From Rhizomicrobium sp. (GTDB taxonomy: Bacteria; Pseudomonadota; Alphaproteobacteria; Micropepsales; Micropepsaceae), in contig DATEEB010000270.1 of the NCBI GenBank assembly GCA_035281345.1, positions 1 through 45,785 on the forward strand: a stretch of 45,785 nt of DNA, read 5' to 3'. Below the pieces are notes generated by a model. The model was given only the letters and a program-made list of their open reading frames with translations, was not told the DNA's origin and did no database searches. Each line of letters opens with the position of its first letter. The first letter of the stretch is position 1. This document shows positions 18,382 to 27,200 of this stretch, piece by piece. The position numbers and the translations under genes are program-made.

Positions 18382-19626
18382 ATGCGCATTGTCATTGTTT
18401 GCGATCCCAGCCGAGTCGATGGCGGGGCTGCCAAAGTTGCGATCGCCAGCGCGCGCGGGCTGGCGAATGCCGGTGCATCTGTCGGCTATATTTGCACCTC
18501 CGGACCACCGGACGCGGCGTTGGACCATCCCAACATCCGGGTTTATTGCCTGAACATGACGAGCGTGTGGGACCGGAAGAATCCTGTCTCGGCCGCCGCG
18601 CAAGGCATTTGGAACAACGCCGCCTTGCGGCAGGTGGAAAAAATTCTTAGCGGCCTGCCGCGTGAAAACACACTGGTCCATTTTCATCAATGGACAAAAT
18701 CCTTCAGTCCCAGCGTTCTGGAGGCGCCCGCGCGGCTGGGACTGCCGTCCGTTATTTCCCTGCATGACTATTTTCTGGCCTGTCCGAATGGCGCTTACTA
18801 TAATTTTCCTCAGGCCGCGCCTTGCACCGTGACGCCGCTGTCGGGGGGCTGCCTGACCGCGCGCTGCGACAGCCGCAGCAACCTGCACAAGGCAGTGCGC
18901 GTCACCCGTCAATATGCGACTCAAAAGGCTCTGTCCCGGGCGGGCGCTTCACTCAGTCTTCTCAGCGTTTCCGCCTTTGCCGAGCACATCATGGATGCTT
19001 TCCTACCCAAGCAGCACCCGCGCTTTGTCGTTCGTTCGCCGATCGAAATTGAACAGCAGGAGCCAGTACGGGTGACGGACAATAGACAATTTGTCTTTGT
19101 CGGCCGCATGACCGAGGAAAAAGGCGTGCGTCAGCTTGCGGCGGCTGCGCGGCAAACCGGCCTGCCGGTCACCTTTGTCGGCGATGGGCCGCTTCTTGAA
19201 AACCTGAAAGCGCAAGGCGATCCCATACGCTGCACGGGCTGGCTTGATCCGGCGGGCGTGGACCGGGTCCTGCGCCAAGCCAGAGCCTTGGTTTTTCCTT
19301 CGACCTGGTATGAGACAGGCGGGCTGGTTGTGCTGGAAGCCTTGGCGCGCGGCATCCCGGTTCTGGTCAGCCGCAAGACGGCGGCCGCAGAATTCGTGGA
19401 ACATGGCGTAAACGGCTTTTTGATCGCCCCGCACGACATCGCCGCCCTCCAAGATCGCATGCGGGACCTTATGGACGATGCGACAGCGGAAAATATGGGA
19501 CGGCAGGCCTTTGATCGCTATTGGGCCAACCCGCAGACCGAAACCGTTCATGTGGAAAATTTGCTGCGGGTTTATCAAGCCATCCTGTCCCAGCATCGGG
19601 CAGGATTACCGGCGAGCGCCGCATGA
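18382..19626 (+). CDS. Glycosyltransferase family 4
   Basis: From ATG 18382: DGGAAKVA, LHDYFLACP, FVGRMTEEKG, PSTWYETGGLVVLEALARGIPV. Confidence 0.92.
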   Translation: MRIVIVCDPSRVDGGAAKVAIASARGLANAGASVGYICTSGPPDAALDHPNIRVYCLNMTSVWDRKNPVSAAAQGIWNNAALRQVEKILSGLPRENTLVHFHQWTKSFSPSVLEAPARLGLPSVISLHDYFLACPNGAYYNFPQAAPCTVTPLSGGCLTARCDSRSNLHKAVRVTRQYATQKALSRAGASLSLLSVSAFAEHIMDAFLPKQHPRFVVRSPIEIEQQEPVRVTDNRQFVFVGRMTEEKGVRQLAAAARQTGLPVTFVGDGPLLENLKAQGDPIRCTGWLDPAGVDRVLRQARALVFPSTWYETGGLVVLEALARGIPVLVSRKTAAAEFVEHGVNGFLIAPHDIAALQDRMRDLMDDATAENMGRQAFDRYWANPQTETVHVENLLRVYQAILSQHRAGLPASAA

Positions 19627-21095
19627 GGCGCTGGATAGGGCTTGTGGCCGCCCTCTTGGCCGGCTGGACGAACTTGGCTCTGGCGGCGGAGCTGCACTCC
19701 TCGGCCTTGGGCAATATTTTTTTGGAGGGCGAAACGCCCGCCTTCACGCTGCGCGCCGACACAGGCAAGGCGAACTGGCGCGCCCGGGATTTTTTCGGCA
19801 AGGAGGTAGCGTCCGGCGTCCTATCGTTGTCCGGAGGCGCCGCGGTCCTTCGCCCGCAAATCCCAGGCTTGGGCTATTTCAAATTGGACGTCTTTCTGGG
19901 CGACGAATCTAGCCCTCGGGTTCAAACCGCCTTGGCGATTGTGCCGGCGCAGGGTCCGCCCTCGCCGAACTCGCCCTTTGGAGTCGTCACCCATTTCGCC
20001 AAGGATTGGCCGATCGATATCGTGCCGCTGATTGGAAAAGCAGGCATTGCGCGGGTGCGTGACGAACAGCCCTGGCGAAAGGTGGAGAAGGAGCGCGGGC
20101 AGTATCAGTTCCAACCACGCCTGACGAACTACATGGCCGAACTGGCGGCCCAGAAGATCGATCCGCTGATCGTTTTGGCTTTTTCCAATCCGCTTTATGA
20201 CAGTGATCAAACCCCGTTCAGCGCAGAAGGCCGCGCCGCTTACGCTGCTTATGCCGCGGCCGTCGCCAAGCGCTATCGCGGCCAGGTGGCGGCGATGGAA
20301 GTCTGGAACGAGTATAGCGGCAGCTTTTGCGCCGGGCCCTGCCGCCTGGACCGTCCCGCCTATTATACCGCCATGCTCAAACAGAGCTATGATGCCCTAA
20401 AGGCCGCAAACCCGTCCATTCAGGTGGCGGGCGGTGGGGCCGTGCCGATCCCGCTCGATTATTTCGACGGCCTGTTCCGCCGGGGCGCACTGGACGCGAT
20501 GGATGCCATCGTCATCCATCCGTATCGCAAGATCCCCGAAGGCGTGGAGGAAAGAATCGACGCCTTGCGCCAGATGATGAAGCGCTACGGCAAGCCCAAG
20601 CCCATATGGGCCACCGAGTTTGGCGATACCGCCAATATGAGGAAAAGCCGGGACGATGTGGCGCGCTATCTGGTGCGTATGTCCACCATGCTGTTGGCGG
20701 CGGGTACCGACCGGCTTTACTGGTATTTGCTCAAGGATCATCAAGAATTTTCCGGGATGGGCCTTTTGCTGTCGGAATCCGGCTCCGCCGGCCGCTATGC
20801 GCCTGCTCCGGCCTATGCCGCTTATGCGGCGCTGATCAAGCAACTGGAGGGCGCGCGCTTCATCCGCCGCGAAACCAGCGATCCTGGCCTTCGCATCTAT
20901 CTTTTTTCCAAGGGCGCAAAGCAAATCCGTGTCGCCTGGTCCACCGGCGGCGCTGCGGCCTATCGGATCAAAAGCACCGCGCCGCTGCAACGTCTGGACA
21001 TGATGGGCAATGCCGCGCCGCTTGAGCCGCAAAACGGCGCCGTCACGGTCACACTGGATAAAAATCCCGTCTATCTCACCGGCAACGCCAGCTGA
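19623..21095 (+). CDS. Secreted glycoside hydrolase, clan GH-A (GH39/GH5-like) with accessory beta domains
   Basis: ATGA overlap with the upstream GT4. Signal peptide MRRWIGLVAALLAGWTNLALA. PFGVVTHF, EVWNEY, IHPY, IWATEFG. Confidence 0.8.
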   Translation: MRRWIGLVAALLAGWTNLALAAELHSSALGNIFLEGETPAFTLRADTGKANWRARDFFGKEVASGVLSLSGGAAVLRPQIPGLGYFKLDVFLGDESSPRVQTALAIVPAQGPPSPNSPFGVVTHFAKDWPIDIVPLIGKAGIARVRDEQPWRKVEKERGQYQFQPRLTNYMAELAAQKIDPLIVLAFSNPLYDSDQTPFSAEGRAAYAAYAAAVAKRYRGQVAAMEVWNEYSGSFCAGPCRLDRPAYYTAMLKQSYDALKAANPSIQVAGGGAVPIPLDYFDGLFRRGALDAMDAIVIHPYRKIPEGVEERIDALRQMMKRYGKPKPIWATEFGDTANMRKSRDDVARYLVRMSTMLLAAGTDRLYWYLLKDHQEFSGMGLLLSESGSAGRYAPAPAYAAYAALIKQLEGARFIRRETSDPGLRIYLFSKGAKQIRVAWSTGGAAAYRIKSTAPLQRLDMMGNAAPLEPQNGAVTVTLDKNPVYLTGNAS

Positions 21096-21096
21096 C

Positions 21097-22710
21097 CTAA
21101 AGCGCGATCTTGAGCGCCAGCGAGACGGTATTTTCCTGATAAGGGCCGGAATTATACAGCACCACATCGTCATTGGCGGTGCGGGCCCGAAAGGAATAGG
21201 AAAGGCCCAATTCCATATTCCGGTTGACCAAAAACCGTCCGTCCACATGGACGGCATAGTTTCTGTTCACCAGTCCGGCAGGCTCGAACTCGTCCTGCTC
21301 ATAGCGGAACTGCAATTCGCCCAATAAATTGTGCCAGAACTCATGCTGGATTCCGATCCCAGCCGAGGTGGATGTCAGCGCGCCACGTTGATCGCCGAAA
21401 ATCGCGCCCTGCAGTCCTTTGCCATACTGCATCAAGGTGAAACGAAGAGCTTCATATTCCAGCATGGCTTTTTCGACATCGATGGCCGATGTCCCGAACA
21501 GTTGTTGAAACTGCGCCGGCACCGCCACCCTGGTTCCCGCCGGCAGCTTGAAGAGGCCATGCGAGGCTTGCTGGAGAATGCCGGCATAATGGAAGGCAGG
21601 AGCGTCGCGGCAAGGCCCGGCCTGACAGCCGGTATAGGTGTTGAGATCCTGCAGCAGGCCGGGTATGGAGTTGCCGGACAGCTTGGCGCAGGAAATGCTG
21701 CCCAAGGATTTGTCGCAAAAGACTTCCAGACCGGAAACGGTCCGTTCCACCGATGCCGTTACCGTGGTCAAGGGAAGAACGTTCCAGGTCATGCGGCCGC
21801 TGAATGTGGGAACCAACAAGTCCTCAAAGCCGGAAAATTTGTAGCTTTGGCGCAACATACCGGCGCCAAGTTCCACATCCGCCAAGCCGGCGATCTGGGT
21901 ATTGAATCCCGCCAGCACCGTCAAAGCATCGAAGTTGCGCAAATCGCCGTTGCGAAGCCAGCCTTGCGTCGCATAACTGGCCTGAACGAAGGCCCAGCTA
22001 TCGCCGGTCACCGCGAAGCTGAAACGGTCGCGATAGCGCCAGCGGACAGCGCTGCGTGAAGCATCCGCATCGGCAATATAGGCCGTCTTGATGGCGCTGA
22101 CCTCTGCGATATTGCGGAAGCGATCCCAATCCTGGACGTAGCGGATGGCGCTGGAGAGCGTGTTATAGAGGGGCCGGTTGAGCGATATGCGGTCGGCTTG
22201 CGGACTGTTGCGCAGCTGCGGCTGCTGGACGAAGCCGGCATCGGCCTCGAACACCGCCGTGTCGGAAATATCCAGCCGGGTCGAGGTTTCCGCGCCATAG
22301 ATATTGGCGTTCTCCGTGCCATGGTCGAGAAAGAGTTGTTGCGAAAAAAAAGCCCGTGCATTCACGCTGTGGCGGCGCCACTGGGAGCGGAAAACCAAAG
22401 TTTCGGTGGTGGTGCTGATCAAGTCCCCGGCCTGATGGCGGTCCGAGGCATAGATATTGTCGTCATAGGTCAAGGTCTGGGCGACAGAGGGTGCCAGAAC
22501 AAAGCTGCCGATCTCAAAACCGGGAGGCTGATAAAGCGGCCGCGACATTTGATAGACCGGAACCACCGCGGGAGGAACGGGTTGCAACAAGCTTTCTTCG
22601 GCGGCCAACACGGGCACTGGCCCGATTGCGGCAAACACCGTCGCCAAGGTCTTGAGCCGGCGGCGCACAGCGGCGCGTCGGAGCCCGAATAAATCCCTGT
22701 ACACGAACAT
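21097..22710 (-). CDS. EPS-associated outer-membrane beta-barrel (BBP2/EpsL-like) with a large insertion
   Basis: ATG overlaps the wza stop (TGATG). YQPPGFEIGSFVLAPS...YDDNIYA, alternating beta strands, C-terminal YQENTVSLALKIAL. Confidence 0.8.
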   Translation of the reverse strand: MFVYRDLFGLRRAAVRRRLKTLATVFAAIGPVPVLAAEESLLQPVPPAVVPVYQMSRPLYQPPGFEIGSFVLAPSVAQTLTYDDNIYASDRHQAGDLISTTTETLVFRSQWRRHSVNARAFFSQQLFLDHGTENANIYGAETSTRLDISDTAVFEADAGFVQQPQLRNSPQADRISLNRPLYNTLSSAIRYVQDWDRFRNIAEVSAIKTAYIADADASRSAVRWRYRDRFSFAVTGDSWAFVQASYATQGWLRNGDLRNFDALTVLAGFNTQIAGLADVELGAGMLRQSYKFSGFEDLLVPTFSGRMTWNVLPLTTVTASVERTVSGLEVFCDKSLGSISCAKLSGNSIPGLLQDLNTYTGCQAGPCRDAPAFHYAGILQQASHGLFKLPAGTRVAVPAQFQQLFGTSAIDVEKAMLEYEALRFTLMQYGKGLQGAIFGDQRGALTSTSAGIGIQHEFWHNLLGELQFRYEQDEFEPAGLVNRNYAVHVDGRFLVNRNMELGLSYSFRARTANDDVVLYNSGPYQENTVSLALKIAL

Positions 22711-23276
22711 CAGAAGAATTGTTCGCGGACGATCACCACATCGCCGGGTTGGAGCTCGGCGAACATTCCCGCTGTCCATTCGGCGGGATGGTCCTGAACG
22801 GCACGCACCACCGTGACGGTGCTGCGATCGGCGCGCACGGTAAAGCCGCCGGCGGCGGCCACCGCGCCCAGCACGTTGAGCTTGGTGAGATAGCCATACT
22901 GTCCTGGCTTGCTGACTTCGCCGACCACAAAGACAGGGCGGGTCTGGACCAGCTGGATACTGACGCCCGGCTTGACCAGGATACCGTCATCCAGTCTGCG
23001 ATAGAGATCCTTTTCCAGCTCTTGCGCCGTGAGTCCACGGGCCTTGAGCGCGCCCACCATGGGCACCGAGATGGTGCCGTCATCGGCTACTGTAAAGTCG
23101 TTGGAGAGGCTCTGCTGATTATAGACCAGAACCCGGATGGTATCGCCGGTGCTTAGCCGATAGCCGCCGGTGCTGGCGCCGGGAAGTGGCGGCGGAAGGT
23201 GCATCGCGCAGGCGGTCAGGAAAACGCAGCCGATCACGCATACAAAAATGCGCCAAAACGCTTCTACCCCACCCAT
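22710..23276 (-). CDS. wza: Polysaccharide export lipoprotein (short Wza/GumB-like)
   Basis: Lipobox LTAC, PES motif YRLSTGDTIRV...DGTISVPMVG, SLBB motif VFVVGEVSKPG...AAAGGFT. Confidence 0.9.
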   Translation of the reverse strand: MGGVEAFWRIFVCVIGCVFLTACAMHLPPPLPGASTGGYRLSTGDTIRVLVYNQQSLSNDFTVADDGTISVPMVGALKARGLTAQELEKDLYRRLDDGILVKPGVSIQLVQTRPVFVVGEVSKPGQYGYLTKLNVLGAVAAAGGFTVRADRSTVTVVRAVQDHPAEWTAGMFAELQPGDVVIVREQFF

Positions 23277-23312
23277 GCTCTTTTAAACCCAAATTCTGCG
23301 CGAGCGCATCCT

Positions 23313-23341
23313 GTTACATTTTCGCGTCACATTTTTGACAG
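23313..23341 (-). promoter_or_regulatory. Three 11-bp-phased Pho-like heptamers upstream of wza
   Basis: Minus strand: CTGTCAA-AAAT-GTGACGC-GAAA-ATGTAAC. Confidence 0.45.
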
Positions 23342-23383
23342 CGACAGCGATCGTCATAGAACCGAAACAGTCCTGAGAGCGAT

Positions 23384-24079
23384 TTAAAGTGCGCCTCTTC
23401 CGAGCAGCACCACACCGACCGTCTTGATCAGAATGACCGCATCAAGCCGCATCGAATGCTCGCGGGCATAGACAGTGTCGAGCGCCACGCGTCTGCGATA
23501 GGAGACCAGATTGCGGCCGCTGACCTGCCACAGGCCGGTCAGGCCGGGACGCACCGTGTGATAGGCGCGGATTCTGGAGGCATAGCGGGGCACTTCCGCG
23601 GGCACGATCGGACGTGGGCCTACCAGGCTCATATCGCCCTTCAGCACATTGAACAGCTGCGGCAGTTCGTCCAGGCTGGATTTGCGCAGAAAATACCCCA
23701 GGGGCGTGATGCGCGGATCGTGGGTAAGCTTGAAGGTCCGGCGCCATTCTTCCTGCGCCGCAGGATTGTTGCGCAGATATTCGGCCAGCACCTGCTCGGC
23801 GCCGTTTACCATTGTGCGAAATTTGTAACAGGAAAACAGCTTGCCACCGCGTCCCACCCGGCGCTGCATAAAAACCGGATTTCCAAAAACGCTGAGCACC
23901 AAGAAAATCAAGACCATCACGGGAGCGCTTAAAAACAGTGCGGCGCATGCCCCAAAAATGTCCAACAGGCGCTTGCCGGTGATGTCCCAGGCGGATCTGG
24001 ACGCGGCGAGAGGCCGGACTTCGAAATCCTGCGCCAATTCCGGCAACCGGACAACTTCCGCTTCCTCAATGAACGACAT
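23384..24079 (-). CDS. exoY: Priming undecaprenyl-phosphate sugar phosphotransferase (ExoY/WbaP C-terminal type)
   Basis: KRLLDI, YKFRTM, DPRITPLGYFLRKSSLDELPQLFNVLKGDMSLVGPRP, PGLTGLWQVSGR. Confidence 0.9.
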   Translation of the reverse strand: MSFIEEAEVVRLPELAQDFEVRPLAASRSAWDITGKRLLDIFGACAALFLSAPVMVLIFLVLSVFGNPVFMQRRVGRGGKLFSCYKFRTMVNGAEQVLAEYLRNNPAAQEEWRRTFKLTHDPRITPLGYFLRKSSLDELPQLFNVLKGDMSLVGPRPIVPAEVPRYASRIRAYHTVRPGLTGLWQVSGRNLVSYRRRVALDTVYAREHSMRLDAVILIKTVGVVLLGRGAL

Positions 24080-24166
24080 GAAATGCTCCGCAGAAATGCC
24101 CGGCGCGACGCGCAGCCGATATTCAAATCTATGGAAAGCATTCGAACAAAAGTTGATTTAACTTTC

Positions 24167-24195
24167 GTGACGTTGTGTTGGGCTTTACGTGACGG
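24167..24195 (-). promoter_or_regulatory. Pho-like heptamers 22 bp apart upstream of the priming transferase
   Basis: Minus strand: CCGTCAC-GTAA-AGCCCAA-CACA-ACGTCAC. Confidence 0.45.
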
Positions 24196-24230
24196 CTGCG
24201 CGCTCGAATCAAACAGCACATTCGCAGACG

Positions 24231-27200
24231 TTAATTCACCGAACAGCCTCGGCCGGCTTCGGGATCGCAATCGCCGAAGCCCAACACTTCCACAGTGATC
24301 AGCGAAGGCAGCGCGCGCGCGGTTTGCGCGCCGCGGTTCGTGGCGGCCGCCACCGAATCATCGGCGATGCTGGCGGCCTGTCCGCCCGCGGCGCTGGAAC
24401 TTTCCAAGGCGGCGAGATTTACCGATGCGGCTTCGGGCACGCCGGTGACATCGCCGGCGGCGGTGATATTGGCCGCGTTCAAAACCAGCAGCGCGAGGAT
24501 GTCGAGATTGCCGGTCGAACGAAGGCCCGCATCGCCGGCATTCACGATGCCGCGCGGGGCGATCAGCGTGGCGGAAGCCGCAGGCGCATCCGGGGTGGAG
24601 CGGATGGTGCCAATACCGGCGCCCGAAACCAGGCCGTTGAGATTGATGGTCTGAAGATCGTCGGGATTAAAATTTACCGACAGCGGTTTGAAATCCACGC
24701 TGGTCTTGGCGCCGCGGCCGGCATCCAGATCGCCATTGGAAGACCACATCATGATGTCGCCGCCTTGGACGGTGAGAATACGGCTTTGGTTCACCAGCAC
24801 GCTGATATCGGTGAAGATACTGACCGCGCCATTGTCCAAGGTGAGAATGCCCAGCGAGCTGTTGGAGAGCTTGCGGTTGATCTCCACGGCGGTGGTGCCG
24901 ACATTGATGCTTCCGCCCGGACCCATGACATAGATATCGCCGCCAACCTCCACGGCGGAGGTGGTTCCATCGGCATTGATCACCGTCTTGCTGGCGCTTT
25001 GCAGTGTCTTGATCGTGGCATGCAGCAGATCCAATTCCCCCGTCGCCCGCAGGCTGGGCTTGGCATCGCCCGTCACATTGTTGTCGGTATAACCAAAGGC
25101 TGCCGGGAACAGCGTGCTGATCATGTTATAGCCGGTGGAATAATCCTTATAGCAGCAGCCATTTGAATCGCCGGGAAGCTTGAGCTCGCTGATGAAGACC
25201 TTATCGACAAAGACATGCTGCAAATCGGGCGGCAGCGATGAGAAGGTGGTCCAGGCATCAGCCTTTGACAGCACGCCATAACCCAATGTCTGCAAATAGG
25301 TGCCCAAAGCGGGGCCATAGTCGCGCGCCGATGGGGGCTTGGCGGTATTGGGATCGACATAGGCGCTGATCGCGGAGGCGTAATCAATCCCGTTGGCGAC
25401 CCCGAACAGGACGATGATATCGGCGCCCTGGCGCGGCAATTTGTTGTTGGCGCCCCTGGCGAAGGTATCGGCGGCGGTCGGATCCTCGCTGCTGAACATG
25501 CGCCGGTTGCCGACCACAATCGTATTGCCGAAGGTCACGATACCGGTGCCGATGGGATCGCTGGCGGGCTTGCGGCCTTTATCGGCGGCGACGATATTCG
25601 CAGCCGGGGTTACGAACGGTCCCAGATTGCGTCCCGCCTGAACCTTGAAGAAGCCCGGCCCCATCAAGCTCAAGCCGCCCAAATTCTGATTGGCATTCAG
25701 ATCCGGAATGCCATCACTGTTACCCAGCAGGTCCTGCCAGATACCGGTATAGAAGAGGTCGCGGCCCGCCACGATCGAGGTGACGTCGGTAGCCGCCAGA
25801 TTCTGGCCCATGAACGAGAAATCGACAATGTCACCCGCGGCCTCGACCTTCGCCGATTTGGTGATTTCCCAGGCCAGCGGAAGGGAGCGTGACAAGCCAT
25901 TCGCTGCAGGGAGGAACTGCGCGGCGATGTCACCTGTTGCGGCATAGATACGATGCGCGACGCCATCGTTCTGATGCAGAAGCACCGCGCCCAGATCCAG
26001 CGAGGCGGTGCCCAGCTTGGGCGCGAAACCGGCCAACGGATGGCCGGCATCGAAGCTGGCCTCGACCAGCGACGCGCCGGTACTGATGGGGCGAACCTGA
26101 CCTTTGCGGCTCGACGCCAGCAAAGAGCCATGAGCCAGCAGGTTGAGCGTGCCCTCCTGCGACGATGCCAGCCGGAATGCGCCCGCGATATTTACATCGC
26201 CATTGGCGGCCACAGCTTCGAAATTGGCGGGATAAAGACCACCCCCCGGAAAGGCGTCGCCCACGGCACGCCCGGGGAACACCTTGTTCTCCGGCACGAG
26301 GAGATTGAAGGCGAGCCCGTCCGAGAACCATAAGGAGTTGGCAACGACGTCGCCGGTGACAGACAACAGGCTTACAGCACTGGACGGTCCGTAGCTGGAT
26401 ACCGATTGCGACTCGACTGTGAGCACTCCGGAAAGATCGGCAACGTCCTGAAGCGAAGGACCGCTCACAATGCCGGCGAGATCGATATTACCGCGCGCCT
26501 TCAGCGCGATTTTTCCGGTGTCCACGGCAAGGAGGGTGGAGACAGGATGACGGGCCGCAGTTGCGTTAGCGGGATCTTCCCGGATTTCCCAGCTCGCCGA
26601 CACCGAGCCGCCAGCGGTGATCGTCGCGTCGCCGGAGCCTTCATAATAGGTGCCGCTCTTGAGGTCGCGGCCGGCGATCACCGTCAGGTCGCCGCTCCCA
26701 TTCAGGTGGACAACCGGAATGTTGGCTATCGTGTTGCCGTTGGCGTCCACCAGTGTGCTGGAAAGCCCCCCGCTTACCCGGGCGGTGGTGGGCAGGGAAA
26801 CCGACAATTCCTGGATATCGCGTCCCGCCTTCACGGTGACATCGCCGCCCACGCTCATCAACCCCTGGCCGAAGCTGCCAAAGTTGATCCACCAGCTGGT
26901 TTGCGATGGCGTATAAGTTGCGCCGCCGGATGCGGTAAAGGCCGATAGCGGCGCAAAAACGCCAAAGTCGGTGGTGGACAGGGATGTTCCCTGCGCCAGC
27001 AGCCAGGGTGCAAAAAATTGCGACGCGGCTGATTTGCCGTGCTGAATGTTCTGGTATCCGACAATGTCGCGCTGGGTTGTGAGGGTGAGATGGCCGCCAC
27101 CGACCGGATAAGCGGCCTGCGTAACCGGTCCGTAGGGACTGCAACGATAAACCACGTCGCAGGTAATGACCTGAGGCGTCAGAAAACCTTGCGGGTTGGT

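Noticed and set aside
24149-24165. Palindrome AAAGTT-GATTT-AACTTT upstream of exoY as an FNR or CtrA site
   Set aside because: It matches neither consensus and occurs only once.
24231-25100. CDI/polymorphic toxin C-terminus on the giant exoprotein
   Set aside because: No VENN-type pre-toxin motif, toxin domain or downstream immunity gene. The tail is DUF3739-like.
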